Positions 24,556-33,219 of a stretch of 37,550 nt of DNA are shown here, in pieces. Position 1 is the first letter of the stretch; every line of letters begins with the position of its first letter. The stretch is taken from positions 1-37,550 of IMG/VR virus record IMGVR_UViG_3300045988_085446; one strand, written 5' to 3'. This stretch comes from a virus. The notes beneath the pieces were generated by a model. That model saw only the letters and a program-made list of their open reading frames with translations. It searched no databases and was not told the DNA's origin. The translations under genes were made by a program, and so were the position numbers.

Positions 24556-27071
24556 GGCTGCACCTCCAAGAAATCAAACAATGTCGGTGAATCAACTTCA
24601 TTCTCCTCTGCCTGTAAATACCCAACACCATCTCTGAAATAATCAGGATTCAGTTCACAGCCCTTACCGAACCGGTGCATTTTAACAGCCATCATCGGTA
24701 CCGTCATAAGGCCACCGAACGGATCATATACAACATCTCCCGGATTGCTATACCGGTTGATGATTCTTTCAACGATATCAAGCTGTAAAGGACATACATG
24801 CATGGTTGCCCTTCTCTGGCTCTGTGTCGTATTAAGAGTTCTCATTCTGTTAATATCATCCCATACCTCAAGCTGGTTCCATGATCCCGGAGCTACTACC
24901 ATGAATGTAGCTGGTAATCTTCCATCCATATCAAGCTCCTTTGCAAGTGCCACATGATCCTCATAGTTATATACATGCTCTCTGCTGTACTGTCTGTATA
25001 CTCTCTGTAAGTTGTCCACAGATACGCCCTCAAGTTCTTCTTTACTCACAAGCCTGTCTCCTGAGCTTCTCCAGTATCCGTGAGCATCTATCTGCCACTG
25101 TGCCCTTGTGTATTCATCCTTGGACTTAGTAACCGGCTCATCAGCGTATGCCTTGCTGTGATTCGTTGGCAGTTTGCGGAACAGTAAAATATATTCAGGG
25201 CATCCAACTCCCATCTTGGTACCATCCTTACACTGTTCCGTCCATCCAAGGCGGTAGGTCTGGTTGTTCTCTCTGACAACATCCGTCACAACTGTGATCA
25301 TGCCAAAATACTGAAATCCATGGCTCATATAATGTTCTATACAGTCAGCATGAAATGGTTCAATAGTTGGCATTCCTGTTCCGGTAGCATTTCCGAACAG
25401 CACTCTGTCTTTAACATGAATAGCTGCAACTCTTCCCGGCTTCAACACCCTTAAAAGCTCCGGTGTCAAGAAATCCATCTGTTCAAAGAACCTCTCTGTA
25501 TTCTGATTGTGTCCAAAATCGTTATAATTTGCTGAATATTCATAATGATTACCGAATGGTATTGACGTATGGATCAAATCAATGCTGTTGCTTTCCATCG
25601 CTCTTGTTTCTTCCACACAGTCACCATATACGGCTTCGTAATGATTTCCTCTTACTGTTCTTTCTTCTCTTGTACCTTCCACACCCATCTTCCTTTCTAA
25701 CCGCTCTGTTTTATTCGCTGAATCAAGTCCATACTTTTTCACGATCTCGATCATCTTCTGCACCATATGATCATGATTCTTCCATTTCTCAATTAAAGCA
25801 TTTTTAATCTCTCGCTCATTCTCCATATAGATTATGTCTATAACCACAGTTTCTTTTTGCAAGAATCTATAGCATCTGTGAATAGCCTGTATGAAGTCAT
25901 TGAACTCATAATCAATACCAACAAATATCTCCCTGTGACAGAATCGCTGAAAGTTACATCCTGAACCACTGATTGACTTCTTTGTTGCAAATAGTCTCGT
26001 TTTACCTTCTGAGAAATCTATAACTCTCTGTTCTCTAAGGTCATAGTCCATAGATCCGTATATATCCACTGTCTCCGGCAGAGCTTTCTTGATCGCATGT
26101 CGCTCTGCTTCCTGATCATGCCATAGTATAAAATGATCATCCGGCGAACTGTCTACAATCTCACGCATCTTTTCTACTCGCTCATTGATACTCTCCCGCT
26201 TCACCTTTGCAGCTTCTTTCAAACCTGCAGATGCCTGTGTAAACAACTCCATTTGCCCATCTTTATCAACTGTATCTCCATAGTGAACCGGTATCTCATG
26301 CCATCTAACATCCAGAGGTGGTAAGTCATAACCATTATCAGAATAATCTGGATTGAGATCCGATGGCTTTGTAATGAAAAGTGCCCAACTACTCACCCAC
26401 AGCCAGAACTCATCTTCCATGTTTGGGTACAGTGTCAGGTTATTTGCCTTTGTTGAATCCCTCTGAAAGAATCTTGTAAGTGCCTGTCCTGTATCCATGA
26501 CTTCAAGATATCCAGCATAGTGTATAAGCTCCTTGTACTTGTTCGGTGATGGTGTAGCAGTCGCTACGAGCTTGTAAGGTACATTTTTGAACTTATCAAG
26601 GAACGTCTGATATGTCTTAGATCCAAATGATCTAAGCACGGATGCTTCATCAAGTGAGGTTGCCGCAAAATACGATGGATCTATATCTCCGTCTCTCACT
26701 CTCTCATAATTCGTCAGAACGATCTGACTTGTGCTTGCCTCAACCTCTTCCATGGTTCGGCAATACTCTGGTTTCTCATAGCCCAGGAGTTCCACGGCAT
26801 CCCTTGTAAACTCCTGCTTAACTCCAAGTGGTAATACGATCAATGCTCTACCACCTGTATGTTCTGCTGCAATATGACAAAATTCTATTTCCTGTGCAGT
26901 CTTACCAAGTCCGAAAGACTCAAACAAGGCTCTACGTCCACCTTTCAGTGCCCATGCCACTGCATCTCTCTGGTGTGGCTTTAATGCTTTGTTAATACGG
27001 TTCTTGTCAACCGAAAAACCACTATCAACTGCAAGTTCTATCTTGCTTTCTAAAAACTCTTTGTAATTCAT
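24552..27071 (-). CDS. Fusion protein: N-terminal SNF2/DEAD-like helicase plus C-terminal N6/N4 (beta-class) DNA methyltransferase
   Basis: Helicase motif I FGLGKT and motif II LDEAS. Methyltransferase catalytic-position motif HTSIPFGN (encoded at 25554..25565). HVCPLQLDIVERII...GDVVYDPFGGLMT is the AdoMet motif I near the C-terminus. Confidence 0.8.
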   Translation of the reverse strand: MNYKEFLESKIELAVDSGFSVDKNRINKALKPHQRDAVAWALKGGRRALFESFGLGKTAQEIEFCHIAAEHTGGRALIVLPLGVKQEFTRDAVELLGYEKPEYCRTMEEVEASTSQIVLTNYERVRDGDIDPSYFAATSLDEASVLRSFGSKTYQTFLDKFKNVPYKLVATATPSPNKYKELIHYAGYLEVMDTGQALTRFFQRDSTKANNLTLYPNMEDEFWLWVSSWALFITKPSDLNPDYSDNGYDLPPLDVRWHEIPVHYGDTVDKDGQMELFTQASAGLKEAAKVKRESINERVEKMREIVDSSPDDHFILWHDQEAERHAIKKALPETVDIYGSMDYDLREQRVIDFSEGKTRLFATKKSISGSGCNFQRFCHREIFVGIDYEFNDFIQAIHRCYRFLQKETVVIDIIYMENEREIKNALIEKWKNHDHMVQKMIEIVKKYGLDSANKTERLERKMGVEGTREERTVRGNHYEAVYGDCVEETRAMESNSIDLIHTSIPFGNHYEYSANYNDFGHNQNTERFFEQMDFLTPELLRVLKPGRVAAIHVKDRVLFGNATGTGMPTIEPFHADCIEHYMSHGFQYFGMITVVTDVVRENNQTYRLGWTEQCKDGTKMGVGCPEYILLFRKLPTNHSKAYADEPVTKSKDEYTRAQWQIDAHGYWRSSGDRLVSKEELEGVSVDNLQRVYRQYSREHVYNYEDHVALAKELDMDGRLPATFMVVAPGSWNQLEVWDDINRMRTLNTTQSQRRATMHVCPLQLDIVERIINRYSNPGDVVYDPFGGLMTVPMMAVKMHRFGKGCELNPDYFRDGVGYLQAEENEVDSPTLFDFLEVQP

Positions 27072-27130
27072 GTTTAAAAGGAACCCGATATATCGTTACC
27101 CCGGCCGGAGGTTCGGCTCCTTTCTTTGAT

Positions 27131-27289
27131 TTATTTTCTCCGGAGTTCTTTCAACTCCTCAAGCATATCTGCGATCTCTGTATGATACTGTCTGTTCAGT
27201 TCAATAGCTGTATCATCTGCATCTTTCTCCAATCCGGCATGTCTTGCTTCCCATCTCTCATGCTTTATAGCTTCGTCAATCTCCATCAT
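27131..27289 (-). CDS. Small hypothetical protein (52 aa; below track cutoff)
   Basis: My own translation: MMEIDEAIKHERWEARHAGLEKDADDTAIELNRQYHTEIADMLEELKELRRK. ATG after GAGGAGG. Confidence 0.55.
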   Translation of the reverse strand: MMEIDEAIKHERWEARHAGLEKDADDTAIELNRQYHTEIADMLEELKELRRK

Positions 27290-27434
27290 CCACTACCTCC
27301 TCAAAATCACAGGATCCGCATAAGGGACATATAGACCGGTACTCATATGCCGGCTGTCCATGATATTCACCCATGCACTCTCTTTCCATGTCCGGCTCTT
27401 CGAACTCTACCTGACAGTCAATGCATTTATACAT
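27276..27434 (-). CDS. Small zinc-ribbon-like protein (52 aa; below track cutoff)
   Basis: My own translation: MYKCIDCQVEFEEPDMERECMGEYHGQPAYEYRSICPLCGSCDFEEVVDDGD. It has CxxC...CxxCxxC. Overlaps both neighbours, so it is translationally coupled. Confidence 0.55.
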   Translation of the reverse strand: MYKCIDCQVEFEEPDMERECMGEYHGQPAYEYRSICPLCGSCDFEEVVDDGD

Positions 27435-27756
27435 TTACACCGCTCCAATCTAATTTCTGACCGCATCTATCGCAACGATCAGATAATTCTCCACAATACA
27501 AGACATTATCGATTTTGGATATAATTTTTCGGCGGCACACAGGACAGCCATAATTGATATAATTTATCTTAAGGTACTTAAATATAGTTATTTTCTTCGG
27601 AATCTCTTTGTCCAAATTCTGTAACACTATGTCATAAGCACTATTCAAATCATCAATATTCTGCACGATGTCACACTTTCCACAATCTCGGTCACAATGT
27701 CTATTGATGCACTCTTTTTCAACCATCATCAGCTTCTTTGCTTCTTCAATCGTCAT
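27427..27756 (-). CDS. Cys-rich (zinc-finger-like) hypothetical protein
   Basis: 109 aa with CINRHCDRDCGKCD and CPVCRR...CGELSDRCDRCGQ. Confidence 0.55.
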   Translation of the reverse strand: MTIEEAKKLMMVEKECINRHCDRDCGKCDIVQNIDDLNSAYDIVLQNLDKEIPKKITIFKYLKINYINYGCPVCRRKIISKIDNVLYCGELSDRCDRCGQKLDWSGVNV

Positions 27757-27769
27757 TTTTCATCTCTCC

Positions 27770-27949
27770 TTATTTATCTCCATATATGCCGAATACATTT
27801 TTTATTGATTTCTCCAATCCCTTTGTTACATTTTGCAGATTATCATAATGCGGTTTCAATATGCATTTCACGCTATATCCGTTGCATTTAGTACCGAAAC
27901 CAATAACATTTCTGCAAATACCATCTTGACTTGCTAAACATTTATTCAT
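27770..27949 (-). CDS. Small Cys-rich hypothetical protein (59 aa; below track cutoff)
   Basis: My own translation: MNKCLASQDGICRNVIGFGTKCNGYSVKCILKPHYDNLQNVTKGLEKSIKNVFGIYGDK. The ATG overlaps the upstream TGA (ATGA). Confidence 0.5.
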   Translation of the reverse strand: MNKCLASQDGICRNVIGFGTKCNGYSVKCILKPHYDNLQNVTKGLEKSIKNVFGIYGDK

Positions 27950-28611
27950 TCTGTGCCTCTTTTCCGACTCTTATATTTTTTCCTAAATCTATCCGGCATC
28001 GGAATGCACTCTGTTTTCGCTTCCAGTGCCTTAATTTCGCTTTCTTTTCTTTCTGACAAGGCTTTTATTGTCTGCGTTCTTAAATCGGCTATTTGATTAG
28101 AATGTCCTTGTGCTGCATTAACGAGCTGTCTTACTTCAGTTGGCATTTTGGAAAATTCCTGTTCTCTCGCCACCTCATTTCGATAGCACTTAATGAAGTT
28201 CGATGAAACGACTTGTTCATTGTAATTTTCATCTAATGCCCATATTCTAAGCTGGCTCGGAAGTCCGATTGCTTTCTGAACCACTTGTGGTAACTTTGCA
28301 TATTCTCCCACCGAATTGTAAGCACTGTTCCGGATTGCTCTGCTGACTAACGCCCAAGCCTCCATTTCGTTCAGCTCCTGCGGTTGGGTGATTGAACGAA
28401 TTTTATCAATTAATTGTCCGGGAGCCGGTGCAAATCCACTTGTATTTGTTTGCATATAAACCTTAAATGCCATAGCGATTTCATCTTTGCTGTATTCCTC
28501 TAATGCCATTGTCCACGCATTAACTGCTGCAGTTCTGCTTGGTGGATTGTAATTCGGATATGTAGCTTGCATCATAGCCAGAAAATCTTGCACATCCTCT
28601 CTTGTCATCAA
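27946..28611 (-). CDS. G39P-like replicative-helicase loader
   Basis: The N-terminal pattern EDVQDFLAMMQATYPNYNP...AAVNAWTMALEEYSKDEIAMAFKVYMQTNTSGFAPAPGQLIDKI matches the SPP1 G39P loader/inhibitor family as remembered. Confidence 0.65.
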   Translation of the reverse strand: MMTREDVQDFLAMMQATYPNYNPPSRTAAVNAWTMALEEYSKDEIAMAFKVYMQTNTSGFAPAPGQLIDKIRSITQPQELNEMEAWALVSRAIRNSAYNSVGEYAKLPQVVQKAIGLPSQLRIWALDENYNEQVVSSNFIKCYRNEVAREQEFSKMPTEVRQLVNAAQGHSNQIADLRTQTIKALSERKESEIKALEAKTECIPMPDRFRKKYKSRKRGTE

Positions 28612-29528
28612 CTATTCCTCCATTCATTCAAAATATCTCTCTCGCCATTCCTTGAAAATTGCTGCTGATTGTTATTTTGGCTAATTTTCTCCCACAAAAT
28701 GCCCTTGTAATTGCTTGCCATTGACAGGTCGATTACATCTACAACCGCCATATCTCCATTTTTTTGTGCCTCTCTGGATATTTTGGTTAGTAACGACTTC
28801 ATACCTTGTTCAACATAAGACTCTTTTCTAGCAACCTTGTACTCAATCCACTCTCTGACTTTCTCAAGAAGAAAATCTGATATGAAATAATTCGGTATGA
28901 GCCTGTCCAAAATATGAATATTGTCCTCTTTTGATTTTCGCATTCTTTTCGTTTTAGGCTCGTCCTCTGCCCCCTGTGAGGGGGATATAGGGGATGTATT
29001 ATCTACTTTTATTTTCTCTGATTTTCTTTCCTCTCCTCTACTTTCCTTTACTTTACTCTGTGAATTTCTTCTGCCATTTATTGGATTTCTTCCGTCGGAA
29101 ATTGAATTTATTACCACATTTTTATTATTTTCTGGCACAGAAATTAAAAGGTACTCTTTTTTCAGTTCAATCTTTTCTCGCTTGGACGTAGCATTCAAAT
29201 ATCTTTTTTGCACCCCTTCGGACGTTAGGATATTGAATTCATTAAAAAGTTGTTCTGAAAAAATGTTCCTTCTGATACAAGCTGACACTATATCTGCTAT
29301 TAAATTTTTATTGTCACTCGGTAAACCGTTCTCCGACATAAAGAGCAACAATGAATCTGTAGTCCATTCACAGTAGTAACCAAATCCTCCATAGATTTTC
29401 TGGTAGAGTTTGACAAGTACTGCAAAACCTTTCAGTCCAAATTCAGCTTGTATCAATCTGACCTTTTCTTCCATGTGGCAATCCAATTCAAAGTAATCAA
29501 GCCCTGCTTTGGTTGGTCTGCCTGCCAT
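28608..29528 (-). CDS. Replication initiator/organiser (DUF4373 Lin1244-like N-terminus, DnaD-like)
   Basis: MAGRPTKAGLDYFELDCHMEEKVRLIQAEFGLKGFAVLVKLYQKIY is the DUF4373 pattern. Lies upstream of the loader gene. Confidence 0.7.
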   Translation of the reverse strand: MAGRPTKAGLDYFELDCHMEEKVRLIQAEFGLKGFAVLVKLYQKIYGGFGYYCEWTTDSLLLFMSENGLPSDNKNLIADIVSACIRRNIFSEQLFNEFNILTSEGVQKRYLNATSKREKIELKKEYLLISVPENNKNVVINSISDGRNPINGRRNSQSKVKESRGEERKSEKIKVDNTSPISPSQGAEDEPKTKRMRKSKEDNIHILDRLIPNYFISDFLLEKVREWIEYKVARKESYVEQGMKSLLTKISREAQKNGDMAVVDVIDLSMASNYKGILWEKISQNNNQQQFSRNGERDILNEWRNS

Positions 29529-29535
29529 TTATCAT

Positions 29536-29949
29536 CTATACCTCCTTAATTCGTATTCCATACTTATGGAGCATCAATTTTCGCTTAATCACATAGTCTT
29601 TCGTTTTCATGCCCTTGGTGTCCTCTACGACTATATTCTCACCCTCTTTGTAGACAAAATCGGCAACATAGTAGCAGCTCTGTTCTATGACCTTACCGGG
29701 CTTATATTCGCCCTTATGAGGTCCAGCCTTGTACATCTCAGTCGATTGTTCTCTCTGCCTCGGTATAAGCTCGTATCTGACCTGTCTCTTGAGGTCTGTG
29801 ATCTCTCCTGCCTTTTCTAACAGCTTAAGCTCCATGTACCGGTTTGCTTCTTTCTTACTGTCAAACAGTATCCCATCGACCTCAACCTTTTTATTCCTGT
29901 ACTTTCTGCTATTCAACGATGCAATCTTTATCCACTGTGGATTCATCAA
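29536..29949 (-). CDS. DUF1064-family protein (nuclease-fold, resolvase-like)
   Basis: NKYRNKKVEVDGILFDSKKEANRYMELKLLEKAGEITDLKRQVRYEL is the DUF1064 pattern. Confidence 0.7.
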   Translation of the reverse strand: MMNPQWIKIASLNSRKYRNKKVEVDGILFDSKKEANRYMELKLLEKAGEITDLKRQVRYELIPRQREQSTEMYKAGPHKGEYKPGKVIEQSCYYVADFVYKEGENIVVEDTKGMKTKDYVIKRKLMLHKYGIRIKEV

Positions 29950-30046
29950 TCAATGCTCCTTTCTCCCTGCCACCGGATCAGCGGCAGGGCTATATACAAT
30001 GGCTTATACTGTGTGTGATGTGTGTATCTGCCATGAACAAGTATCT

Positions 30047-31039
30047 TTATGAAAACAGTGCAGCGGCGGCAGGATTCTGCTGTGTAGTCTGCGGCTGTTC
30101 AATAACAGGTGCTTCTTCCTTGCCCTGTTCCGGTTCCGGCTTTGCTTCCGGTTCTGATGCAGTGGAATCAACATATTCCTCTGTATCGTTTTCCACATAG
30201 GTCACATTTCCATCTCCATCCATAGTGGTCATATCACGCTCAAATGCGCTCTGAAGATCAATACTCATAACACCCCACTTGGAAATTAACTGACGGAGCA
30301 TTGTTTTATATGCCATTCCATCAAAATTCTTGTACCAGAATGATGAATACATCCATGAATCTCTCGGATCATAATTACCGGCTTCATAGTCAGCAAATGA
30401 CACCTTTTCTTTCTCGCCATACTTTGTGTTAATCTTTACAGCATCCTTGCTGAATGCCTGTGAATACTTGTCCGCATGAGCAAGCATCTGAGCCTTGCTC
30501 CAATACAATGTTTTTCTGAACCCATTTACCAGCTCAAACATGGCATAGTAGCCGATTGTCTCAGCTTTTTCACGCTTGTCCCAGTCATCAACCATAAAAT
30601 TGACTTTGATGTCCTCATTGAGCGGGTCAAAGTATTCCAGCTCACCTTCTTTGATCGCAACAACGTTCAGTCTCTTATACTGACCGGAACGGATTGCAAG
30701 CTGGATATATCCCTTGTATCCCATCTGGAACTGAGCTTCCTTGACACCAGCTTTTGTATTGTTGAATGGGACCATGTAATAATGTCCGAGCTGTGGAGAT
30801 GGCGAAAGCTGTAAACTCTCACCAAGAAGTGCTGCTGAAAGAATCGACTGATTTGTGCACTCCTGAAGTGTAGGGTTGGTGTTATATGCTGACACGATAG
30901 CAGAAATAAAACGCTGTCCATTCTTACCACCAACTACCTGATTAATCTGATTTTTTATAGCATCCTTTGTAAGGTATGCTGTAATTCCCAAATTCTGCTG
31001 TGCCTTGCTTTTTTTCACTAAACTATTATTAACTGCCAT
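30047..31039 (-). CDS. recT: RecT-family single-strand annealing recombinase
   Basis: FISAIVSAYNTNPTLQECTNQSILSAALLGESLQLSPSPQLGHYYMVPF is the RecT pattern. It forms an operon with a YqaJ-type exonuclease. Confidence 0.85.
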   Translation of the reverse strand: MAVNNSLVKKSKAQQNLGITAYLTKDAIKNQINQVVGGKNGQRFISAIVSAYNTNPTLQECTNQSILSAALLGESLQLSPSPQLGHYYMVPFNNTKAGVKEAQFQMGYKGYIQLAIRSGQYKRLNVVAIKEGELEYFDPLNEDIKVNFMVDDWDKREKAETIGYYAMFELVNGFRKTLYWSKAQMLAHADKYSQAFSKDAVKINTKYGEKEKVSFADYEAGNYDPRDSWMYSSFWYKNFDGMAYKTMLRQLISKWGVMSIDLQSAFERDMTTMDGDGNVTYVENDTEEYVDSTASEPEAKPEPEQGKEEAPVIEQPQTTQQNPAAAALFS

Positions 31040-31299
31040 TATTTGTCCTCCTCATTAAAGCTAAAAAGTTCATGTAACAACTGATTAAGTTTTTCCTTTG
31101 TTTTCTTAATCTCCTCGTCAAGTTCCTCATCTGTAAAAGAACCAAGCTTTATAACATTGTCTAATTTCTCTTTTGCAACACACGGTGGATAGTTTTTATG
31201 TAAGAATCGTGTGTATCCTGCCAAAACAGCAGCTACCTGTGATTCTACTTCATCCTCAGAACCTTCCATTCTCAATTGATTTCCTTTTACCTCTATCAT
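31039..31299 (-). CDS. Hypothetical protein
   Basis: 86-aa ORF with a start/stop overlap with recT. Confidence 0.5.
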   Translation of the reverse strand: MIEVKGNQLRMEGSEDEVESQVAAVLAGYTRFLHKNYPPCVAKEKLDNVIKLGSFTDEELDEEIKKTKEKLNQLLHELFSFNEEDK

Positions 31300-31310
31300 G
31301 CTTTTTCCTC

Positions 31311-32183
31311 CTAAATAGCTTTAAATTCTATGCTTCTACTCTTAAAGAACTCTTTCAATGCATAAGCATCTTCCGTTGTGAGCAATACCTCAAATCTGAC
31401 TACCATTCTCTCCTGTGTGCTGTCAGCACTCTGCACCGGTTCTGGCGGTGTCACAGCCTGCTCATGCGGTTCTGTCGGTACAATTACCGTCTGTTCTTCT
31501 TTGATCTCCTTTGCCTTGCGTTCTTCCTCTGCCTTTCGTGATTCTTCTGCAGCTTTCTTTTTAGCCTCGGCTTCAGCCTTTGCCTTTGCGATCTCTGCCA
31601 TTCTCTGTGCCTCTTTGATGGCTTTATTTATATCAAGTGTCTGCTTGTATACCTCTGTCGCCTCAAAGCCAAACTCTGGAAGCTGGCTGAGTGTGAACAC
31701 ATCATCGCCGATCTGATACATTCTTGCTCTCATCTGCTCCTCGATGCTCTTCATCGACACCGATGCATTTAACCACTTAGGATCCTGTATCTTATCAAGT
31801 GTAACGAAACTCTGAAAGCCAATGCTAGCAAATAACTCCTCTATGTCCTTCTGCTTATTCGCTTTCTTCTGATCTTCAAATTCTTTCACCCGCTTGTCGA
31901 TCACAGCTATAGGTTTGTCTATAATTCCAATGATCTCATTAACATGTGCTTTAAATTCATTGAATGGCTGCATATACTCTTTTTCTCTCCGTATACGTTC
32001 ATCATTCAATGTCTTTTTCAGCTTGTTAAGTGTTGCTCTGTCTGCCTTGGCATCCTTAACCTGATCATCCGTATATACAAGAGTCTCATAAAATGCCACT
32101 TTCTCAGTCAACTCTGCTTTCAGTTCCTCATAATTGAAGCTGATCTTTTCCGGTATCGCTACATCATTAACTCTTAATTCCAT
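31311..32183 (-). CDS. DUF1351-family protein
   Basis: MELRVNDVAIPEKISFNYEELKAELTEKVAFYETLVYTDDQVKDAKADRATLNKLKK is the DUF1351 pattern. Start at the ATG 6 nt after GGGAGG; the track ORF starts 2 codons earlier. Confidence 0.7.
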   Translation of the reverse strand: MELRVNDVAIPEKISFNYEELKAELTEKVAFYETLVYTDDQVKDAKADRATLNKLKKTLNDERIRREKEYMQPFNEFKAHVNEIIGIIDKPIAVIDKRVKEFEDQKKANKQKDIEELFASIGFQSFVTLDKIQDPKWLNASVSMKSIEEQMRARMYQIGDDVFTLSQLPEFGFEATEVYKQTLDINKAIKEAQRMAEIAKAKAEAEAKKKAAEESRKAEEERKAKEIKEEQTVIVPTEPHEQAVTPPEPVQSADSTQERMVVRFEVLLTTEDAYALKEFFKSRSIEFKAI

Positions 32184-32341
32184 GTACATCCTCCCACCAT
32201 AGCCAGTTCATACTGACCATCTTTGTTTATTTTCATCATGCTCATGATCCGGTCTGTCTGTTTCTGTCTCTCCTCTTCACAGTCGCATCGCTCTCCCGGA
32301 TCAAGATTTGCTCCGCAGTTACTGCAAATTCTGTAATACAT
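32174..32341 (-). CDS. Small zinc-ribbon-like protein (55 aa; below track cutoff)
   Basis: My own translation: MYYRICSNCGANLDPGERCDCEEERQKQTDRIMSMMKINKDGQYELAMVGGCTWN. ATG after AAGGGGTGAG. Confidence 0.5.
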   Translation of the reverse strand: MYYRICSNCGANLDPGERCDCEEERQKQTDRIMSMMKINKDGQYELAMVGGCTWN

Positions 32342-32359
32342 TTTTCTCTCACCCCTTTA

Positions 32360-33007
32360 CTATATTTCCTGTAATTTCAGTGCCGGTGCTTTTTTCATCT
32401 GTACATGCTCCCAGAACTTTGATTCTTCCTCGATCAGATGCTTGATATCTTCTTCAACCTCCGACCGCTCTATAGAATAATGTCTTGTCTGTAAGTACAC
32501 ATCCTCTCCATATACAGATTTAAGCTGTGCCTTAAGTACAACGTAGTCAAACTCTGTAACCATTAAGTAATGCAGCACCTGTATGTAATAGTTATCCGGT
32601 ATCCTGTGATCCCACTTCTCTTTCTGCATGGACTGTAAGATATTCGTCGTCTTACATTCCCATATGCCTTTACGACCATCCTGATCTATGAGCCATCCAT
32701 CAAGAGATGCATGCGCCCACGGATACTTGTCATTGAACCAGATGTTATTTTCTTCATAACACACCTGGTATTCCGGATAGTCCAATTTGAACAATTCCCG
32801 GAGAGGTCCTTCTGCCAATGTTCCATACTTGACATAAGGCTTGTCCGATATATCCTCCGGCTCTATGCCATAGGCTTTCTCTTTGAATAGATCCACGTTG
32901 GTCTTGTAGGGGTTCATTCCCACAATAGCCGAAGCATCCGAACCGCCGATCTTGGTTCTTGCCTTGAGCCATTCTTCATGGCTTGATAACACTTTCATCT
33001 CAACCAT
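32360..33007 (-). CDS. YqaJ-type viral recombinase exonuclease
   Basis: WLKARTKIGGSDASAIVGMNPYKTNVDLFKEK is the YqaJ pattern. Start set at the internal ATG (MVEMKVL) after GGCAGGAG. The upstream 59 codons of the track ORF look non-coding (Trp/Cys-rich). Confidence 0.8.
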   Translation of the reverse strand: MVEMKVLSSHEEWLKARTKIGGSDASAIVGMNPYKTNVDLFKEKAYGIEPEDISDKPYVKYGTLAEGPLRELFKLDYPEYQVCYEENNIWFNDKYPWAHASLDGWLIDQDGRKGIWECKTTNILQSMQKEKWDHRIPDNYYIQVLHYLMVTEFDYVVLKAQLKSVYGEDVYLQTRHYSIERSEVEEDIKHLIEEESKFWEHVQMKKAPALKLQEI

Positions 33008-33204
33008 GCTTTTCTCCTGCCTACCAGATAAGGGAGTGTCAGCAGCACTCCGGCAAATGCCTGTCCAAGGTGCGCATACCACGGTTCCACGATCCTCATA
33101 TCTTCCGCAAATGCCACAGAGCTTGCCGCTCCATATATAAGCATGAAGCCAATAAAGAACATGATTCCAACAGCACATTTGCATATCTTCTTTTTCACTA
33201 CCAA
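32995..33204 (-). CDS. Small membrane/secreted hypothetical protein
   Basis: 69 aa with a signal-peptide-like KKKICKCAVGIMFFIGFMLIYGAASSVAFA and a second hydrophobic segment. TTG/GTG start after GGGGTGAG. It competes with the N-terminal extension of the YqaJ ORF. Confidence 0.45.
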   Translation of the reverse strand: MVVKKKICKCAVGIMFFIGFMLIYGAASSVAFAEDMRIVEPWYAHLGQAFAGVLLTLPYLVGRRKAWLR

Positions 33205-33219
33205 CTCACCCCTTTCCTT

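Noticed and set aside
27072-27130. GC-rich palindrome-dense 60-nt segment (cgatatatcg, ccggccgg, gaacc/ggttc) considered as a tRNA or small RNA gene
   Set aside because: It is too short for a tRNA and has no T-loop or anticodon-arm pattern. I could not derive one convincing fold by eye. It is mentioned only as the leader of the helicase-methyltransferase gene.
28970-28984. Palindrome ccccctgtgaggggg inside the replication organiser gene, considered as the replication origin
   Set aside because: It is a single 6-bp-arm palindrome with no iterons or adjacent repeated boxes that I could verify. It falls in the low-complexity linker coding region. Evidence is insufficient.
33008-33184. 59-codon N-terminal extension of the YqaJ exonuclease ORF
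   Set aside because: The extension is Trp/Cys-rich (MQMCCWNHVLYWLHAYIW...) and has no RBS. An internal ATG with GGCAGGAG gives a normal YqaJ N-terminus. The same DNA encodes a more plausible small membrane protein in another frame.
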